DNA of 64,000 nucleotides from Escherichia coli O157:H7 (GTDB lineage Bacteria; Pseudomonadota; Gammaproteobacteria; Enterobacterales; Enterobacteriaceae): NCBI RefSeq assembly GCF_013167455.1, contig NZ_CP038328.1; one strand, 5' to 3'. Shown piece by piece: positions 62,103 to 64,000 of this stretch (position 1 is its first letter; each line of letters starts with the position of its first letter). The notes under the pieces were generated by a model. It saw only the letters and a program-made list of their open reading frames with translations, ran no database searches and was not told where the DNA came from. The position numbers and the translations under genes were made by a program.

Positions 62103-62321
62103 TTAGATGATAAATGACAGCAGGAATGTGCCCGCCAGAGCGACGACTGAAGCGATAAATGTCGCTGTCGTATAGTATTTAAATGTTTCATTGAGCGTAG
62201 CGCCGCAATATTGCTTCACCAGCCAGAAAAGCGAGTCCGTAACGATCGTGCAGCCAATCGCGCCTGAACCGATAGCAATCGCAATAATTTCCGGGCTGAT
62301 GTCGGGATACAGCGGCAGCAC
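62103..62321 (-). pseudogene. dsdX: Remnant of D-serine permease gene dsdX (C-terminal ~70 codons only)
   Basis: 72-aa hydrophobic ORF (GntP-family C-terminus) directly upstream of dsdA; the rest of dsdX and dsdC are absent, replaced by csc sequence. Confidence 0.7.
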
Positions 62322-62563
62322 AATGATCCATATTTATATTTTCTTCTCCAGGTTGGCGATGCCAGTTGGCATGTTTTTCTTACTTGCCTATATGGTCACT
62401 CGTTGGCGAGAACAGAGGCGGAATTGGGTACAATTATCCGGCAATTATTGTTATTTTTTATTGTATTGCCGTGTCGGGTGATAGGGCGTCGAGAATTTCG
62501 TTGGATCTCGCCAGTGACGTCTGTTTCTGCTACAGTGCCCGTTTTACGGCAAACGGCTTGGGT

Positions 62564-63559
62564 ATGGCTTCATTAAAGGATGTCGCACGCCTGGCGGGAG
62601 TGTCGATGATGACAGTCTCCCGGGTGATGCATAATGCAGAATCTGTGCGTCCTGCAACGCGTGACCGCGTATTGCAGGCAATCCAGACCCTGAATTATGT
62701 TCCTGATCTTTCCGCCCGTAAGATGCGCGCTCAAGGACGTAAGCCGTCGACTCTCGCCGTGCTGGCGCAGGACACTGCTACCACTCCTTTCTCTGTTGAT
62801 ATTCTGCTTGCCATTGAGCAAACCGCCAGCGAGTTCGGCTGGAATAGTTTTTTAATCAATATTTTTTCTGAAGATGACGCTGCCCGCGCGGCACGTCAGC
62901 TGCTTGCCCACCGTCCGGATGGCATTATCTATACTACAATGGGGCTGCGACATATCACGCTACCTGAGTCTCTGTATGGTGAAAATATTGTATTGGCGAA
63001 CTGTGTGGCGGATGACCCAGCGTTACCCAGTTATATCCCTGATGATTACACTGCACAATATGAATCAACACAGCATTTGCTCGCGGCGGGCTATCGTCAA
63101 CCGTTATGCTTCTGGCTACCGGAAAGTGCGTTGGCAACAGGGTATCGTCGGCAGGGATTTGAGCAGGCCTGGCGTGATGCTGGACGAGATCTGGCTGAGG
63201 TGAAACAATTTCACATGGCAACAGGTGATGATCACTACACCGATCTCGCAAGTTTACTCAATGACCACTTCAAATCGGGCAAACCAGATTTTGATGTTCT
63301 GATATGTGGTAACGATCGCGCAGCCTTTGTGGCTTATCAGGTTCTCCTGGCTAAGGGGGTACGTATCCCGCAGGATGTCGCCGTAATGGGCTTTGATAAT
63401 CTGGTTGGCGTCGGGCATCTGTTTTTACCGCCGCTGACCACAATTCAGCTTCCACATGACATTATCGGGCGGGAAGCTGCATTGCATATTATTGAAGGTC
63501 GTGAAGGGGGAAGTGTGACGCGGATCCCTTGCCCGCTGTTGATCCGTTGTTCCACCTGA
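62564..63559 (+). CDS. cscR: LacI-family repressor of the sucrose (csc) regulon
   Basis: 331 aa from MASLKDVARLAGVSMMTVSRVMHN (LacI HTH) followed by a periplasmic-binding-protein-like sugar-binding domain; ORF 62366..63559 has an upstream extension. Confidence 0.8.
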   Translation: MASLKDVARLAGVSMMTVSRVMHNAESVRPATRDRVLQAIQTLNYVPDLSARKMRAQGRKPSTLAVLAQDTATTPFSVDILLAIEQTASEFGWNSFLINIFSEDDAARAARQLLAHRPDGIIYTTMGLRHITLPESLYGENIVLANCVADDPALPSYIPDDYTAQYESTQHLLAAGYRQPLCFWLPESALATGYRRQGFEQAWRDAGRDLAEVKQFHMATGDDHYTDLASLLNDHFKSGKPDFDVLICGNDRAAFVAYQVLLAKGVRIPQDVAVMGFDNLVGVGHLFLPPLTTIQLPHDIIGREAALHIIEGREGGSVTRIPCPLLIRCST

Positions 63560-63566
63560 TATTATG

Positions 63567-64000
63567 TTAACCCAGTTGCCAGAGTGCTCCATGTTGCACC
63601 ACAGCCACTCCGTGGGAGGCATAAAGCGACAGTTCCCGTTCTTCTGGCTGCGGATAGATTCGACTACTCATCACCGCTTCCCCGTCGTTAATAAATACTT
63701 CCACGGATGATGTATCGATAAATATCCTTAGGGCGAGCGTGTCACGCTGCGGGAGGGGAATACTACGGTAGCCGTCTAAATTCTCGTGTGGGTAATACCG
63801 CCACAAAACAAGTCGCTCAGATTGGTTATCAATATACAGCCGCATTCCAGTGCCGAGCTGTAATCCGTAATGTTCGGCATCACTGTTCTTCAGCGCCCAC
63901 TGCAACTGAATCTCAACTGCTTGCGCGTTTTCCTGCAAAACATATTTATTGCTGATTGTGCGGGGAGAGATAGATTGATGCTGCTGGCGTAACGACTCAG
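63567..64000 (-). CDS. cscA: Sucrose-6-phosphate hydrolase / invertase (GH32), C-terminal part; gene continues past the window end
   Basis: open minus-strand frame to the window edge; translated C-terminus resembles the GH32 beta-sandwich domain; convergent with cscR. Confidence 0.65.
   Translation of the reverse strand, partial: ESLRQQHQSISPRTISNKYVLQENAQAVEIQLQWALKNSDAEHYGLQLGTGMRLYIDNQSERLVLWRYYPHENLDGYRSIPLPQRDTLALRIFIDTSSVEVFINDGEAVMSSRIYPQPEERELSLYASHGVAVVQHGALWQLG

Overview
This window is an Escherichia/Shigella-type chromosomal segment in reverse orientation relative to E. coli K-12: cysU'-cysW-cysA-cysM, pdxK, crr-ptsI-ptsH, cysK, cysZ, zipA-ligA, yfeH/yfeR, the valU-valX-valY-lysV tRNA operon, gltX, yfeCD, two tRNA-Ala genes, pdeA(yfeA), nupC, mntH, yfeO, glk, the fry PTS/ypdABC cluster, alaC, lpxP, yfdXY/ypdI, frc-oxc-yfdV-yfdE, evgSA, emrKY, dsdA, and a csc sucrose locus at the right edge. 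All assignments come from reading the translated ORFs and recalled synteny; no database search was run. The backbone is ordinary core genome. The accessory content is: three 1310-bp IS629-like (IS3 family) elements, one nested inside an IS200/IS605-family element whose TnpB (the RNA-guided nuclease ancestral to Cas12) is split but otherwise intact in its RuvC and zinc-finger motifs; a FlxA-like small ORF where I recall K-12 carrying xapRBA-yfeN; and cscR/cscA replacing dsdC and most of dsdX. Three EvgA-regulon genes are inactivated (frc and emrY by IS629, yfdE by frameshift). I did not find a clear, intact, multi-gene system that looks undescribed; the split TnpB element and the FlxA-like ORF are the best candidates for follow-up. 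The IS content and csc-at-dsd arrangement suggest an EHEC- or Shigella-like lineage rather than K-12.
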